54,505 nt of DNA from Actinomycetota bacterium. GTDB taxonomy: Bacteria > Actinomycetota > Humimicrobiia > Humimicrobiales > Humimicrobiaceae. The position numbers and the translations under genes were made by a program. Shown here one piece after another: positions 30,650 to 40,682 of this stretch (the stretch's first letter is position 1; the number at the start of each line of letters is the position of its first letter). Location of the stretch: contig JBNJCV010000003.1 in the NCBI GenBank assembly GCA_051744245.1, positions 1 to 54,505 on the forward strand, read 5' to 3'. The notes below the pieces were generated by a model. That model was not told where the DNA came from, searched no databases, and worked only from the letters and a program-made list of their open reading frames with translations.

Positions 30650-30912
30650 TTTAATTTCTCCTTATATATCTTATGAAAATTCCTACTGGGAAATACTGTT
30701 TTTATTACAATGTTGTTGTCACTATCAATAACAAAAGGTACGACATGTATATAATTTCTATATACAAGAATGAAAATTTGCTGCCCAACTCTTTTTGGAT
30801 GTTCTAATATATCTAAATATTTTTTATTAATAATAATATCTACGATGTCTTCAATCTCAATATTACGTTCATATCTTAACTTTATAGCCCTATGTCTATC
30901 ATAGATTATCAT
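30646..30912 (-). CDS. BrnT-like toxin
   Basis: ER.I..EDI, HP.R..Q.IF, Y..VVPFV, KT.FPSR; TTGACA-N16-TATAAT 6 nt before ATG. Confidence 0.75.
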   Translation of the reverse strand: MIIYDRHRAIKLRYERNIEIEDIVDIIINKKYLDILEHPKRVGQQIFILVYRNYIHVVPFVIDSDNNIVIKTVFPSRNFHKIYKEKLK

Positions 30913-31098
30913 AAAATAATTATATAGAATAAATTTATAATGTCAATACATTAAATTTATATTGTAAATTTTAATAAATAGGGTCTATAATCTTAAATAC
31001 AAAGTTTATAAAATAAAGCTCTTGACTATAAGAATATAAAAATTGTTTTAATTCTATCTAATTTATTTTCTAAATTATTGGTTTCATTAAAATAAAAA

Positions 31099-31127
31099 GC
31101 TCGAAATATGTCCACTAAGGGGAGCCA
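31099..31127 (+). repeat. cassette-boundary site 3
   Basis: GCTCGAAAT-ATGTCCACTAA-GGGGAGCCA; 31083-31127 matches 23672-23716 at 43/45. Confidence 0.88.
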
Positions 31128-31177
31128 TCAATCCTAAATATACGTGCCTGCGGAACATGTTGAAAATCTTCTTAAAT

Positions 31178-31216
31178 GTTCATAAAATGTGAACTAATAG
31201 TTTATAAATCATGAAC
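31178..31216 (+). promoter_or_regulatory. tandem palindromic operators upstream of the HTH-MNT gene
   Basis: GTTCAT-N5-GTGAAC and GTTTAT-N5-ATGAAC, 22 bp apart. Confidence 0.55.
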
Positions 31217-31240
31217 GTTGCTTAATAAGGACTAAAATAA

Positions 31241-31774
31241 ATGCATAAAATATTTTCAACTCCTGAAAGATTAAAAATTATAAAATATGTAATCTTCAAA
31301 GAAGGCCCATTAAGCGTAAACGCTGTAGCAGATGATCTAAACTTAAGCAAAGGGTTAGTTTCTAAATACTTAGAATTGTTGTTACAGGAGAAAATTACTA
31401 GTAGGTCAAAGGGAAAATACTTAATTACTGATTCTGCTATTACTAAAGCTATTAAGATTTTTTTAAACATTTCAGAAATAGAGGTAGAACTTTTTAAAAA
31501 ATTTAAATTTGTAAAATCGGTTGGTCTTTATGGAAGTTGTGCAAAAGGTGAGAACACGGAAAATTCAGATATAGATATATGGTTGTTGGTAGATGATGTT
31601 GAAGACGGGAAAGTTGCTTCGCTAAGTTCAGCAATAAGCAAAAAAATAAAAAATGCACAATCGATATTTTTAACAGAAAAGAAACTTGAAAAAATAAAAA
31701 AAGATGATGAACTTTTTTACCATTCATTATCCTTTGGTTCAATAATTATTTATGGAGTAAAAGATGCCATTTGA
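31241..31774 (+). CDS. HTH-nucleotidyltransferase antitoxin
   Basis: N-terminal winged HTH (LSKGLVSKYL) plus LYGSCAKGENTENSDIDI. Confidence 0.85.
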   Translation: MHKIFSTPERLKIIKYVIFKEGPLSVNAVADDLNLSKGLVSKYLELLLQEKITSRSKGKYLITDSAITKAIKIFLNISEIEVELFKKFKFVKSVGLYGSCAKGENTENSDIDIWLLVDDVEDGKVASLSSAISKKIKNAQSIFLTEKKLEKIKKDDELFYHSLSFGSIIIYGVKDAI

Positions 31775-32205
31775 TTACCGCGACTGTATAAAAGCAAGCC
31801 TTCTTCGCAAGATTCCACCCTCTAGAGATAAAGCTTTTCAATCGGTAAAAAAAGCTAAAGTTTGGCTAATAGAATCGAAAAAGTCTTTGGAAGGTGATGC
31901 AACAAGTTCTTCAATAATAGCATCTTATATGTGTATGTTTCATGCTGCTAGATCAATTCTCTTTTTTGACGATTACAGGGAAAAGAGTCATGCATGTATT
32001 GCAAGATATTTGGAAGAAAAATATGTAAAAACCAATATATTGGATAAAAAGTGTTGAGCTGCTTGACCATAGCAGAGAAACAAGACACAATGACCAATAT
32101 AATCTTAGTTTCTTTTCAACAGAAGATGATGCTAAAAATGCTTTAGAATCTGCAGAATCGTTTTTTAATGAAATGGAGAGTTTACTTAAGAAAATATCCA
32201 AATAG
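31764..32205 (+). pseudogene. HEPN-domain protein, frameshifted
   Basis: Y..MFHAAR..L and KSH.C; after ~32052 another frame continues VELLDHSRETRHNDQY..KISK* to 32205. Confidence 0.78.
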
Positions 32206-32261
32206 CTAAATTAGTTGCTAGTTATAGTATGTTTTATTTTTTGTAGGTTTTTTAAAAAGTA

Positions 32262-32295
32262 GTTCGAAATATCAAAGATTAGGGGAGCCAGCAAC
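32262..32295 (+). repeat. cassette-boundary site 4
   Basis: GTTCGAAAT-ATCAAAGATTA-GGGGAGCCA-GCAAC. Confidence 0.88.
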
Positions 32296-32456
32296 CTAAG
32301 GTTTCAGCTTTTGGCTCTTTACCGGCAACAGGGGCAGCCCGTACTCTAACAGCATAACGCTCTGACTCCTTAACCTGTAGTTTTCAAATATTTTAAGTAT
32401 TGATGTAATTCTTTTTCTGATAAACTACAATTGTAGTAAATCGTAATAACGAGGTA

Positions 32457-32936
32457 ATGTTGATAATTTTTGATTCTTCTACATTGTTTTTGTTAGCTAA
32501 GGTAGATATTCTACAATTAGTTTTAAAACAATATATTGGAGTTATACCAGAAATAGTAAAAAAAGAAGTTTTATTTAAAGAAACTATGGATGCCAGAATA
32601 ATTAAGCGGTTCATTAGTGAAGGGAAGATCAAATTAAATAAAAATCCAAACAAGAAAGTTATTGAAAAAGTTTGTAAAGATTTTCCTTTAGGTAAAGGTG
32701 AAGCGGCTGCATTAGTTTTAGCCAGAAAGAATAATTATATTTTTGCAACTGACGATGGATTAGCTATTAAAGTTTGTAAAATATTTAATATAAAATTTGT
32801 AACAGCTATTCATTTTTTAATTGGAGCGCACATTGATAAAAAGATTGCTTTAGCAAAACTTAATTTACTCCAAGAATTTGGACGTTATTCAATAGATATT
32901 ATTAAAGATGCTAAAAAACGTATAATTGGAGGGTAA
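32457..32936 (+). CDS. PIN-domain protein (DUF3368-like toxin)
   Basis: IIFDSS, V.KE, LGKGEAAAL.LA, ATDD; upstream palindrome ACTACAATTGTAGT at 32424-32437. Confidence 0.85.
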   Translation: MLIIFDSSTLFLLAKVDILQLVLKQYIGVIPEIVKKEVLFKETMDARIIKRFISEGKIKLNKNPNKKVIEKVCKDFPLGKGEAAALVLARKNNYIFATDDGLAIKVCKIFNIKFVTAIHFLIGAHIDKKIALAKLNLLQEFGRYSIDIIKDAKKRIIGG

Positions 32937-32942
32937 TTAAAA

Positions 32943-33230
32943 ATGAGTGTAATGAGTCTACGTTTAAATAGGGAAGAATTAAATAGAATATCTAAACTCT
33001 CAGAACAAAAAAAAGAAGCAAAGTCAGCAGTAGTTAGAGAATTATTAAGAGAAGGATGGATATTTTATTGGCTTAAGTTATATAGTGCGGGCAAAGTATC
33101 TATTGGGAAAATGGCTGAAGAACTTGACCTATCTATAAATGATGTTTTAGACTTACTTGCTGAATTTGGCATAAAATCATCAATTCATTATGATGACTAC
33201 TTAAAGGGATTTGAAAATTTAAAAAAGTAG
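32943..33230 (+). CDS. UPF0175-family antitoxin (RHH-HTH)
   Basis: KSAVVRELL and LY..GKVSIGKMAEEL.LS. Confidence 0.8.
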   Translation: MSVMSLRLNREELNRISKLSEQKKEAKSAVVRELLREGWIFYWLKLYSAGKVSIGKMAEELDLSINDVLDLLAEFGIKSSIHYDDYLKGFENLKK

Positions 33231-33283
33231 CTAAATTAATTAAAATTATTATATTTGAATGCAAATAATATTTTAATAATTTG

Positions 33284-33316
33284 GTTCGAAATTTCAATAC
33301 TTGGGGGAGCCAGCAA
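33284..33316 (+). repeat. cassette-boundary site 5
   Basis: GTTCGAAAT-TTCAATACTTG-GGGGAGCCA-GCAA. Confidence 0.88.
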
Positions 33317-33319
33317 ATT

Positions 33320-33592
33320 TTAATATACATCATCATGTTTTCCAATATCAATCGGAATTATCGTGTTTTCTTCAATAATGAAATCAATGCATATCCTATA
33401 TGAGATATTAATTGAAACTGAATATAAATCTGATAATTTACCTTTTAATTTATGCAAGCGAAGTGATGGGTGAAATACATTTATTTCGATTAACTTTAAA
33501 GTCTTTTCGTATTGAGAAATAATTTCAGGGTGATTTTTTAAAAACTTTTTGGCTCTCTTAATATATGTTTCAGTATATATTATTTTATTCAC
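33320..33592 (-). CDS. RelE/YafQ-family toxin
   Basis: HPSLRLHKLKG.L...YSVSI..SYRI and DIG.HD.VY. Confidence 0.88.
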   Translation of the reverse strand: MNKIIYTETYIKRAKKFLKNHPEIISQYEKTLKLIEINVFHPSLRLHKLKGKLSDLYSVSINISYRICIDFIIEENTIIPIDIGKHDDVY

Positions 33593-33842
33593 CGGTTATT
33601 CTTTTAATGTGTTCTTCAACAGATTCTTCAATAAATTTGCCATTTTTCATATCTCTTCTTGACTCGATAAGGGCAATTTCAAGCTCGCACTCTCTCAAAC
33701 TATTATATGCTGCAATAGGCAAAACGACATATTCATTCTTTCCTCTTACAGTAATAATAACTTCATTGTCGCTTGAGGTCGCATCTTTTAATGCGGAAGC
33801 CCCTTTTTGTTTTAATTCGCTTGCTGTTAATATTTTTACCAT
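33585..33842 (-). CDS. Phd/YefM-family antitoxin
   Basis: TASELK and VIITVRGK..YVV; overlaps the toxin gene. Confidence 0.85.
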   Translation of the reverse strand: MVKILTASELKQKGASALKDATSSDNEVIITVRGKNEYVVLPIAAYNSLRECELEIALIESRRDMKNGKFIEESVEEHIKRITGE

Positions 33843-33854
33843 AATAACACTCCT

Positions 33855-33895
33855 TTTAGTACTTTAAATAGTACTAAATAATATACTTTTGTCAA
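33855..33895 (-). promoter_or_regulatory. promoter with overlapping palindromic operator of the phd-relE pair
   Basis: TTGACA-N16-TACTAT; perfect inverted repeat TTTAGTACT-N6-AGTACTAAA at 33855-33878. Confidence 0.7.
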
Positions 33896-34255
33896 TTACT
33901 ACATAAAATTTATTTTGAACTTTAATAATTCACTAAAAAATTGGTTCTTTTTAAAAATATTGTTGATTTTTTATTTAGAATTTATTGGCCTAATTCTGAG
34001 CTTTATCCTCTTTTTTTAACAAGATCTGTATCCTATTTCTAATAAATAATTCAAATAATCGCTTAAAATGCATTAAAACCATCTTCAGATGGTTGAAACA
34101 GTTTCTCTCGCTTCGAAATATATCATATCTTTTAAACTTATCTTTATATACCAACATTATTCTTAAAAAGAGCCAATAATTTTTCTATTTATTTTTTCCT
34201 GTTTAAACTGCACTTTTCCGCTCATTATAATTTTTAAGTAGAAGGAACGAACATT

Positions 34256-36013
34256 ATGAAGGTATCTGGCGCAGAAATAATAGTTAAAATGTTAGAGGCA
34301 AATGATGCAAGTTATATTTTCGGTGTACCTGGTGGGCATTTACTAAAATTTTATGATGCTGTTTACAATAGTAAAAAACTAACACCAATTTTAACTAAGC
34401 ATGAGAGCGGCGCTGCTTTCATAGCAGCAGGTTTTTCTGAAGTTAGTAATGAGATAGGTGTTTGTACCGGTACCGTAGGTCCAGGAGCCACTAATCTTAT
34501 TACTGGCATAGCTTCAGCTTATATGGATTCGATACCAATTTTTGTTCTTACCGCACAAGTTGGAACTAGCACAGTGGGCAAGGGAGGATTACAAGAAGCT
34601 ACAGGAGTTGGTCGAACAATTGACCATGTAGAATTATTTGACGGTATAACGAAATATTCTAATCGGGCATTAAATGTTAATAAATTACCTGAAAGTTTTA
34701 GAAATTTAATAAGGCTTGCCTTAAATGGGAGGCAAGGGCCAGTACACTTAGATGTAATGGCTGATATTTTAGCCTCTTATACAGAAGTTGATAACAAAAT
34801 TTTAAATGAAAAAATAGAAAAACTATCTATTTCTGCAATTCAGAAGGATATAGATAGGGCTTCTAAATTAGTATTTTTTTCTAAAAATCCTGCAATTCTT
34901 GCTGGAGCTGGGGCCCGTGCTGCTAGTAAAGAAATCCTTAAACTTGTTGAAAATTATAATATACCATTGGCTACTACTATAAGAGGAAAGGGAATAATAC
35001 CTGAAAATCATGAATTTTATCTTGGTTGTTTGGGTCTATATGGAATAAATATAGCAAATAAATATCTTAGGTCGGGTATTGATGTACTTATTGGAATTGG
35101 TACTAGTTTCAGTGAATTTACTACTCATGCATGGGATAAAAGGTTTCAACCTTCTGATGCGCTAATCCAAATAGATATTGATGGATGGGAAATTAGCAAA
35201 AATTATGCTACAGAGATAGGTATAAAAGGAGATTCAGATATAGTTCTTTAACAATTATTAACTGCAATGGAGAGACAAGATAAATCCAAAAAATTTATAG
35301 ATTCTAGCAAGATAACCAAAATGAAGAGAGAAAGAGAATACTTTTCTGACCCAAAAATGGAAGATGATAGCATTCCTTTGAAACCACAACGTTTCATGAA
35401 ATTATTGCGGGATTCATTACCAGAAGAAACTATTATTTTTGGAGATATCGGCAATACTTTAACTTGGCTTGAAAGTTATTTCCAATCGCTTAAACCTAAT
35501 TCTTTTTTTATTTGCTCTAGCTTAGCATCTATGGGTTATGGGGTTTCAGCATCGATTGGAGGCCAAATAGCGGCAGGCAACCGTCCTGTAGTTTGTGTTT
35601 GCGGAGATGGTGATTTTCAAATGCAAGGTATGGAAGTTGTTACAGCGGTTAATTATAATATCCCTGTAACTTGGTTTATTTTAAATAATCAATCTTTAGG
35701 TATGATGGTCGACTTACAGAAAATAATTTATGGAGGAAGAAAAATATCTAGTGAATTTGTGAACCCTGATTTTGTTAAACTTGCAGAATCTATGGGAGCA
35801 GTCGGATTAAGGATTACTAAACCAAAAGAGATAGAATCAGTAGTACAAAAAGCTATTAGCAATAAAAAACCAACTGTAGTTGATGTACAAATTGACCCAG
35901 ATGAAGCCCCACCATTTGATGCTAGGGCAGAAGCAATTACTAAAGCCCAGGGATCGTCAGCTCCTTTATTAAAAAAATTGAAAATGGTTCCTAAATTTTT
36001 AAAAAGGACTTAA
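34256..36013 (+). pseudogene. TPP-dependent acetolactate synthase-like enzyme split by one in-frame TAA
   Basis: FGVPGG, HE..A.F.A, GPGATN and GDG.F.M..NN; both ORFs share a frame, with TAA at 35249-35251. Confidence 0.8.
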
Positions 36014-36128
36014 GCTTAGCCAGTAAGCTTTATTTATTTTTATAGAAATAATAAAAGAAGATACAAACGTTGCAAAGAAATAAGAATTAGTTATGTTGGG
36101 AGATCCAGGAAGAAGGAGGTAGAATTAT

Positions 36129-36359
36129 ATGAAAGCTAAAGAATTAGATAAAAAATTTGATGAAAATAAAGAAGATATTACAAAATATCTTGATATAGCA
36201 AAAGTAAAAAGACCAAAACAAGAACAAAAAAGAGTAAATGTCGATTTTCCTTTATGGATGGTAAATTTATTAGATAAAGAAGCTAAAAGACTGGGAGTAC
36301 CAAGACAATCTATTATTAAAGTTTGGGTAGCAGAAAGACTTGAAAGACAAATTCAGTAA
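36129..36359 (+). CDS. orphan BrnA/CopG antitoxin, near-identical to 25436-25666
   Basis: Only 3 aa differences; preceded by about 50 bp of brnT 3' end. Confidence 0.85.
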   Translation: MKAKELDKKFDENKEDITKYLDIAKVKRPKQEQKRVNVDFPLWMVNLLDKEAKRLGVPRQSIIKVWVAERLERQIQ

Positions 36360-36411
36360 GAAATCCACCTTTACTTATATTTTTAAATAAGTTACTCTAA
36401 TCCAAAAAGTC

Positions 36412-36744
36412 ATGCAAGTAAAAAGAGTTAAATTTAAAAGCGGATTAGTTAAAAGCCAGGCCCAGGTAGAAAACCTTCCAGTAAGCACTTGGAAATGGAA
36501 AGAAATTCCAAAAAAATTAAGGGATTTGCTAAAAAAAGACAAGCCCTGGGAACTATCTGGAAGCTACGGAGATCCAACAGTTGCCACCCCTATTGAGTAC
36601 GAGAAAATAACTTTTATTGGCAGGGAGAATAGTGAAATTATAGAGTTTTGGAATCTGGGCGCGGTATTTTTTACAAGTGAAAATACTGAAGAGCTGCGCC
36701 GGATATTTAGGTGCCTGGTTAGATTTAAAGACATCCAAAAATAA
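36412..36744 (+). CDS. hypothetical protein
   Basis: 110-aa ORF co-oriented and 10 bp from the SNF2 start. Confidence 0.55.
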   Translation: MQVKRVKFKSGLVKSQAQVENLPVSTWKWKEIPKKLRDLLKKDKPWELSGSYGDPTVATPIEYEKITFIGRENSEIIEFWNLGAVFFTSENTEELRRIFRCLVRFKDIQK

Positions 36745-36754
36745 TATAATAAAA

Positions 36755-39700
36755 ATGATAGCGCTTCATATATCTGCTATAGAAGGAAACCTTTATCTGT
36801 GGAGTGAAGGCAAGAAAGTTGGCTCCATTAATGATTTAAAAAAATCGGTTGGGGCAATAAATTTAGGTCTAAAGGTTTTAAAGAAAAATACTGAAGATAT
36901 AATATTGTGGCTACCCTCTCAGGGTGAAAAATTTATTCCTTCCTCTTTCTTGACAGGAAATATGCATGAAAATATGCCTGGTACAAAGATAGCTGCATTT
37001 ACTGCCAGAGCTAGGCCTTTAGAAATTGAGGAAGCACTCGAGCTTGCATCTATTGCAAAAGACGGAAACATAGCGGGAAGCAAAGTTATCTTTGGCAGTT
37101 CAATTTTCTGGGTTTTGTGCATTTTAAGGGTAGCCCTAAAAATTGCAGCAGAAGAGAATTTTCTTCCAGGACTATTTAACAGGCTTGAATACTGGGAAGC
37201 AAGATGGGTTCCGGTTCCAGGAAATGAGGACGAGAATATTTTAAAAAAGCTTTCTAGCTGCATGCCTCCTGTTTGCAGGTGCGCAAACCATGGCGGGGAA
37301 ACGCCCAATACGTCTGCAATTATTGTAACCAATATGATTTTAGCAAATAGTGTCGATTCTGTTTTGCGCAAAGGCGTAACTAATGAAAGCAGCAACAACC
37401 CAGAAAGTGTACACGATGCCTGGATTAATGCCCTGGCTAGAAAAGAGGCAAGGGTTATTTGGGATAATAAGGCAGAGATAAAGGAGCTTAGCAATAATCT
37501 TAATAGCTGGAAAAGCCCCATTAATATTTTTTCACAGTCTCCGTTTAATTTATGTTTTAAGCTTTCTGAGCCGCAAGATGAAAATGATAGATGGCGTGTA
37601 GATTATCTGCTGCAGCCAAAGCATGACCAGAGTATTTATATGCCTCTGGCAAGGGTTTGGGACGATGATGCAAAAGTAAAAATGCAGATAGAAAAATTTG
37701 GTAAATCACCTCTTCAATTTATCTTGGCTGCCCTGGGGCAGGCGGCAGGCTTATGTCCCGAAGTTTCTAGCAGCTTGAAGAAAAAAGACCCGGAGGGTTT
37801 TAGCCTAAGCTTGGAAGGCGCATACAGGTTTTTAAAAGAATATGCGCAGGCTTTTAGCGCAGCGGGCTTTAAAGTTCTTTTGCCTTCCTGGTGGGTGGGC
37901 AAAGGCATTTCTAAAAAATTAGGCCTAAAAATTAAGGCTAGCAGCCCCAAGATGCAGGGTAGCGGCGGATTGAACCTTGATTTAATGGTTGAATTTGATT
38001 ACAGGGTTTCTATGGGAAATGACGAGTTAAGCCCAGAAGAGCTCAGGTCTCTTGCTAAATTAAAGATTCCCTTGGTTAAAATCAGGGGGGAGTGGAGGCA
38101 AATAGATAAAAATCAGATAAGCACTGCCTTAAAATTGCTGGATAAACATAAAAACAAAAAAATTTCTGCGCGCGACCTTTTAGCCTTATCCCTGAGGTCT
38201 AGTAAAGAAATTGGGGATTTAGAAATTGAATCTGTTAGCTCCGATGGGTGGCTGAAAGATTTACTTGATAGTTTAGCCGGAAAGGCTGCCTTTAGCTTGG
38301 CAAAACAGCCCCCGGGATTTAGGGGCAAGCTTCGCAAATACCAGAAAAAAGGGTACTCCTGGCTTGCCTTTCTGGGAAAATATGGATTAGGGGCATGTCT
38401 GGCCGATGACATGGGGCTTGGTAAAACAGTTCAAACACTTGCTTTAATCCAGAAACAGTCAATTAACGGAGAGAAAAGGCCGGTGCTAGTAGTATGCCCC
38501 ACTTCTGTAGTAAATAACTGGCTGAAAGAGGCCAGGGCATTTACTCCAAACCTAAAGGTTTTTGTACACCATGGCAGTGACAGAAAGAAAAGGGGAGAAT
38601 TTGCAAAAATTGCTGAAAAGAAGCAAATAATAATATCAAGCTATGGATTGCTGAGAAGGGATATTAATTTTTTAAAAAAAATTGATTGGGCGGTGGTAGT
38701 TTTAGATGAAGCTCAGAATATTAAAAATCCCGAAACCAAACAGTCAAAAGCTGCACGCTGCTTACAGTCTGGTTTCAGTATTATATTAACGGGCACCCCG
38801 GTTGAAAACCATGTGGGAGACCTCTGGGCATTGATGGATTTCTTAAACCCGGGCCTTTTAGGCACCCAGAGCTATTTTAAAAGCAAGTTCTACAATCCAA
38901 TCCAGGTTTATAATGACCAGGAGGCTGCCGCTAAATTAAAATCTGTAACTTCCCCCTTTATATTAAGGAGGGAGAAAACAGACAAAAATATTATATCTGA
39001 CCTTCCAGAAAAGATAGAAATAAAGGACTATTGCAATTTAACAAAAGAGCAGGCTTCCCTTTATAAGGCGGTGGTTGATGAAATGGAAGAAAAAGTCAAA
39101 CAAGCGGAGGGAATTGATAGGCGGGGCCTTATACTTTCTACGATTACCAAGCTAAAACAGGTTTGTAACCATCCCGCCCTTTTTGCCAAGGATAATTCAA
39201 CAATTGACGGGAGATCGGGAAAGTTGGAAAGGCTTGTAGGCATACTTGCCGAAACTATTGAATTAGGAGAAAGGAGTTTAGTTTTTACCCAGTACTCACA
39301 GCTGGGGGAAATGTTAAAAGGTTACCTTCAGGATTATTTTGTTGAAGAGGTTTTCTTACTGCATGGAGGCACAAGCAGAAAAAAAAGGGATGAAATGATA
39401 GATATTTTCCAGGGTAGCGGCAACGCCCCCCACATATTTGTATTGTCCATTAAGGCTGGGGGAACCGGCTTGAATTTGACCAGGGCAAACCATGTCATTC
39501 ATTTTGACCGCTGGTGGAATCCCGCAGTGGAAAACCAGGCTACAGACCGGGCGTTTAGGATTGGGCAGAAAAGGAATGTAGGGGTACATAAATTTATTGT
39601 TGCTGGAACACTGGAGGAAAGAATAGATGAAATGATTGAAAGCAAGATTAATGTAGCCAAAAATGTTATAGGAGCTGGCGAAGATTGGCTGACCGAACTT

Positions 39701-39757
39701 TCAAATGAAGATTTTTATAATTTAATTAAATTAAGCACTGAAGCTATAGGGGAGTAA
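36755..39757 (+). CDS. SNF2-family helicase/ATPase (YwqA-like)
   Basis: LADDMGLGKT, VLDEAQNIKN, TGTPVEN, GTGLNL, WWNPAVENQATDRAFRIGQ. Confidence 0.93.
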   Translation: MIALHISAIEGNLYLWSEGKKVGSINDLKKSVGAINLGLKVLKKNTEDIILWLPSQGEKFIPSSFLTGNMHENMPGTKIAAFTARARPLEIEEALELASIAKDGNIAGSKVIFGSSIFWVLCILRVALKIAAEENFLPGLFNRLEYWEARWVPVPGNEDENILKKLSSCMPPVCRCANHGGETPNTSAIIVTNMILANSVDSVLRKGVTNESSNNPESVHDAWINALARKEARVIWDNKAEIKELSNNLNSWKSPINIFSQSPFNLCFKLSEPQDENDRWRVDYLLQPKHDQSIYMPLARVWDDDAKVKMQIEKFGKSPLQFILAALGQAAGLCPEVSSSLKKKDPEGFSLSLEGAYRFLKEYAQAFSAAGFKVLLPSWWVGKGISKKLGLKIKASSPKMQGSGGLNLDLMVEFDYRVSMGNDELSPEELRSLAKLKIPLVKIRGEWRQIDKNQISTALKLLDKHKNKKISARDLLALSLRSSKEIGDLEIESVSSDGWLKDLLDSLAGKAAFSLAKQPPGFRGKLRKYQKKGYSWLAFLGKYGLGACLADDMGLGKTVQTLALIQKQSINGEKRPVLVVCPTSVVNNWLKEARAFTPNLKVFVHHGSDRKKRGEFAKIAEKKQIIISSYGLLRRDINFLKKIDWAVVVLDEAQNIKNPETKQSKAARCLQSGFSIILTGTPVENHVGDLWALMDFLNPGLLGTQSYFKSKFYNPIQVYNDQEAAAKLKSVTSPFILRREKTDKNIISDLPEKIEIKDYCNLTKEQASLYKAVVDEMEEKVKQAEGIDRRGLILSTITKLKQVCNHPALFAKDNSTIDGRSGKLERLVGILAETIELGERSLVFTQYSQLGEMLKGYLQDYFVEEVFLLHGGTSRKKRDEMIDIFQGSGNAPHIFVLSIKAGGTGLNLTRANHVIHFDRWWNPAVENQATDRAFRIGQKRNVGVHKFIVAGTLEERIDEMIESKINVAKNVIGAGEDWLTELSNEDFYNLIKLSTEAIGE

Positions 39758-39759
39758 AC

Positions 39760-40593
39760 ATGGGCAGATATTATGAATGGTATGAGCCTACAATACCAAA
39801 AAAAGTAAAAGGAGGCATAAAGGCTCACAGCAAGCGAGGCGCATTTGCAAATAGCTGGTGGGGCCAGAGGTGGATTGAAACTTTAGAAGGCTTTGATATA
39901 GGGGCTAGGCTTGCAAGGGGCCGGACCTACGCGAGGAAGGGCCAGGTGGCAACCCTTGATATTGGCCGGGGCAAGCTTACCTCAAGAGTACAGGGCTCTG
40001 CTGACGAGCCCTACATTGTTTCTATAGAGCTTGATACTTTTACAGCCAAGAAATGGAAAAAAATTATAGCAAGGCTTTTGGAGAAGCCAATTTTTGCGGC
40101 CCGGCTCCTTGGCAATGAAATGCCCCCGGACATAGAGCTGGTATTTGAAGATGAAGGCCTGTCCCTGTTTCCGAAAAACCAGCAAAGCCTTAGAACAAAC
40201 TGTAGCTGCCCCGACTGCTCTAATCCATGCAAGCATATTGCCGCAGTTTTCTATATTATGGCCGAAGCTTTTGACAATGACCCCTTTTTGATATTTAAGC
40301 TTAAGGGAATGGACAAGGATAAGCTGATAAAGCAGCTTACAGGCAAAGACAGTGATTACAAAAAGCAGAAACTAATGCCTGAGCCTTTGCCAGAAGAAGC
40401 TCCGGGCTTCTGGGGGCAAGATTTAAATTTTGATTTTAATATAAATATTGGCCTCCCAGGTTTGCACGCAGCCATCCCTAAAAGGCTGGGGTTACTTTCA
40501 TTTTGGCGGTCAGAGAAAAAATTTGTTCCGCTTATGGAAAAATTATACAAGAAAGCCTCTTCTTATGCTGTAGAGAGGTTAGAAAAACTATAG
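39760..40593 (+). CDS. SWIM zinc-finger protein
   Basis: RL.RGR.YA..G.V, CSCPD...PCKH, DPFLIF.L.G; coupled to SNF2. Confidence 0.9.
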   Translation: MGRYYEWYEPTIPKKVKGGIKAHSKRGAFANSWWGQRWIETLEGFDIGARLARGRTYARKGQVATLDIGRGKLTSRVQGSADEPYIVSIELDTFTAKKWKKIIARLLEKPIFAARLLGNEMPPDIELVFEDEGLSLFPKNQQSLRTNCSCPDCSNPCKHIAAVFYIMAEAFDNDPFLIFKLKGMDKDKLIKQLTGKDSDYKKQKLMPEPLPEEAPGFWGQDLNFDFNINIGLPGLHAAIPKRLGLLSFWRSEKKFVPLMEKLYKKASSYAVERLEKL

Positions 40594-40682
40594 AAAGGGC
40601 TATTTAAAATATTTTAAATTTTAGCTTAGAAAATGTTTAATTTTAGGATAAAATTGAATTATTGAAAAAAATAATTTAGGTA

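Noticed and set aside
34110-34122. CTTCGAAATAT as another boundary site
   Set aside because: Left box only, with no spacer or right-box similarity; may be chance.
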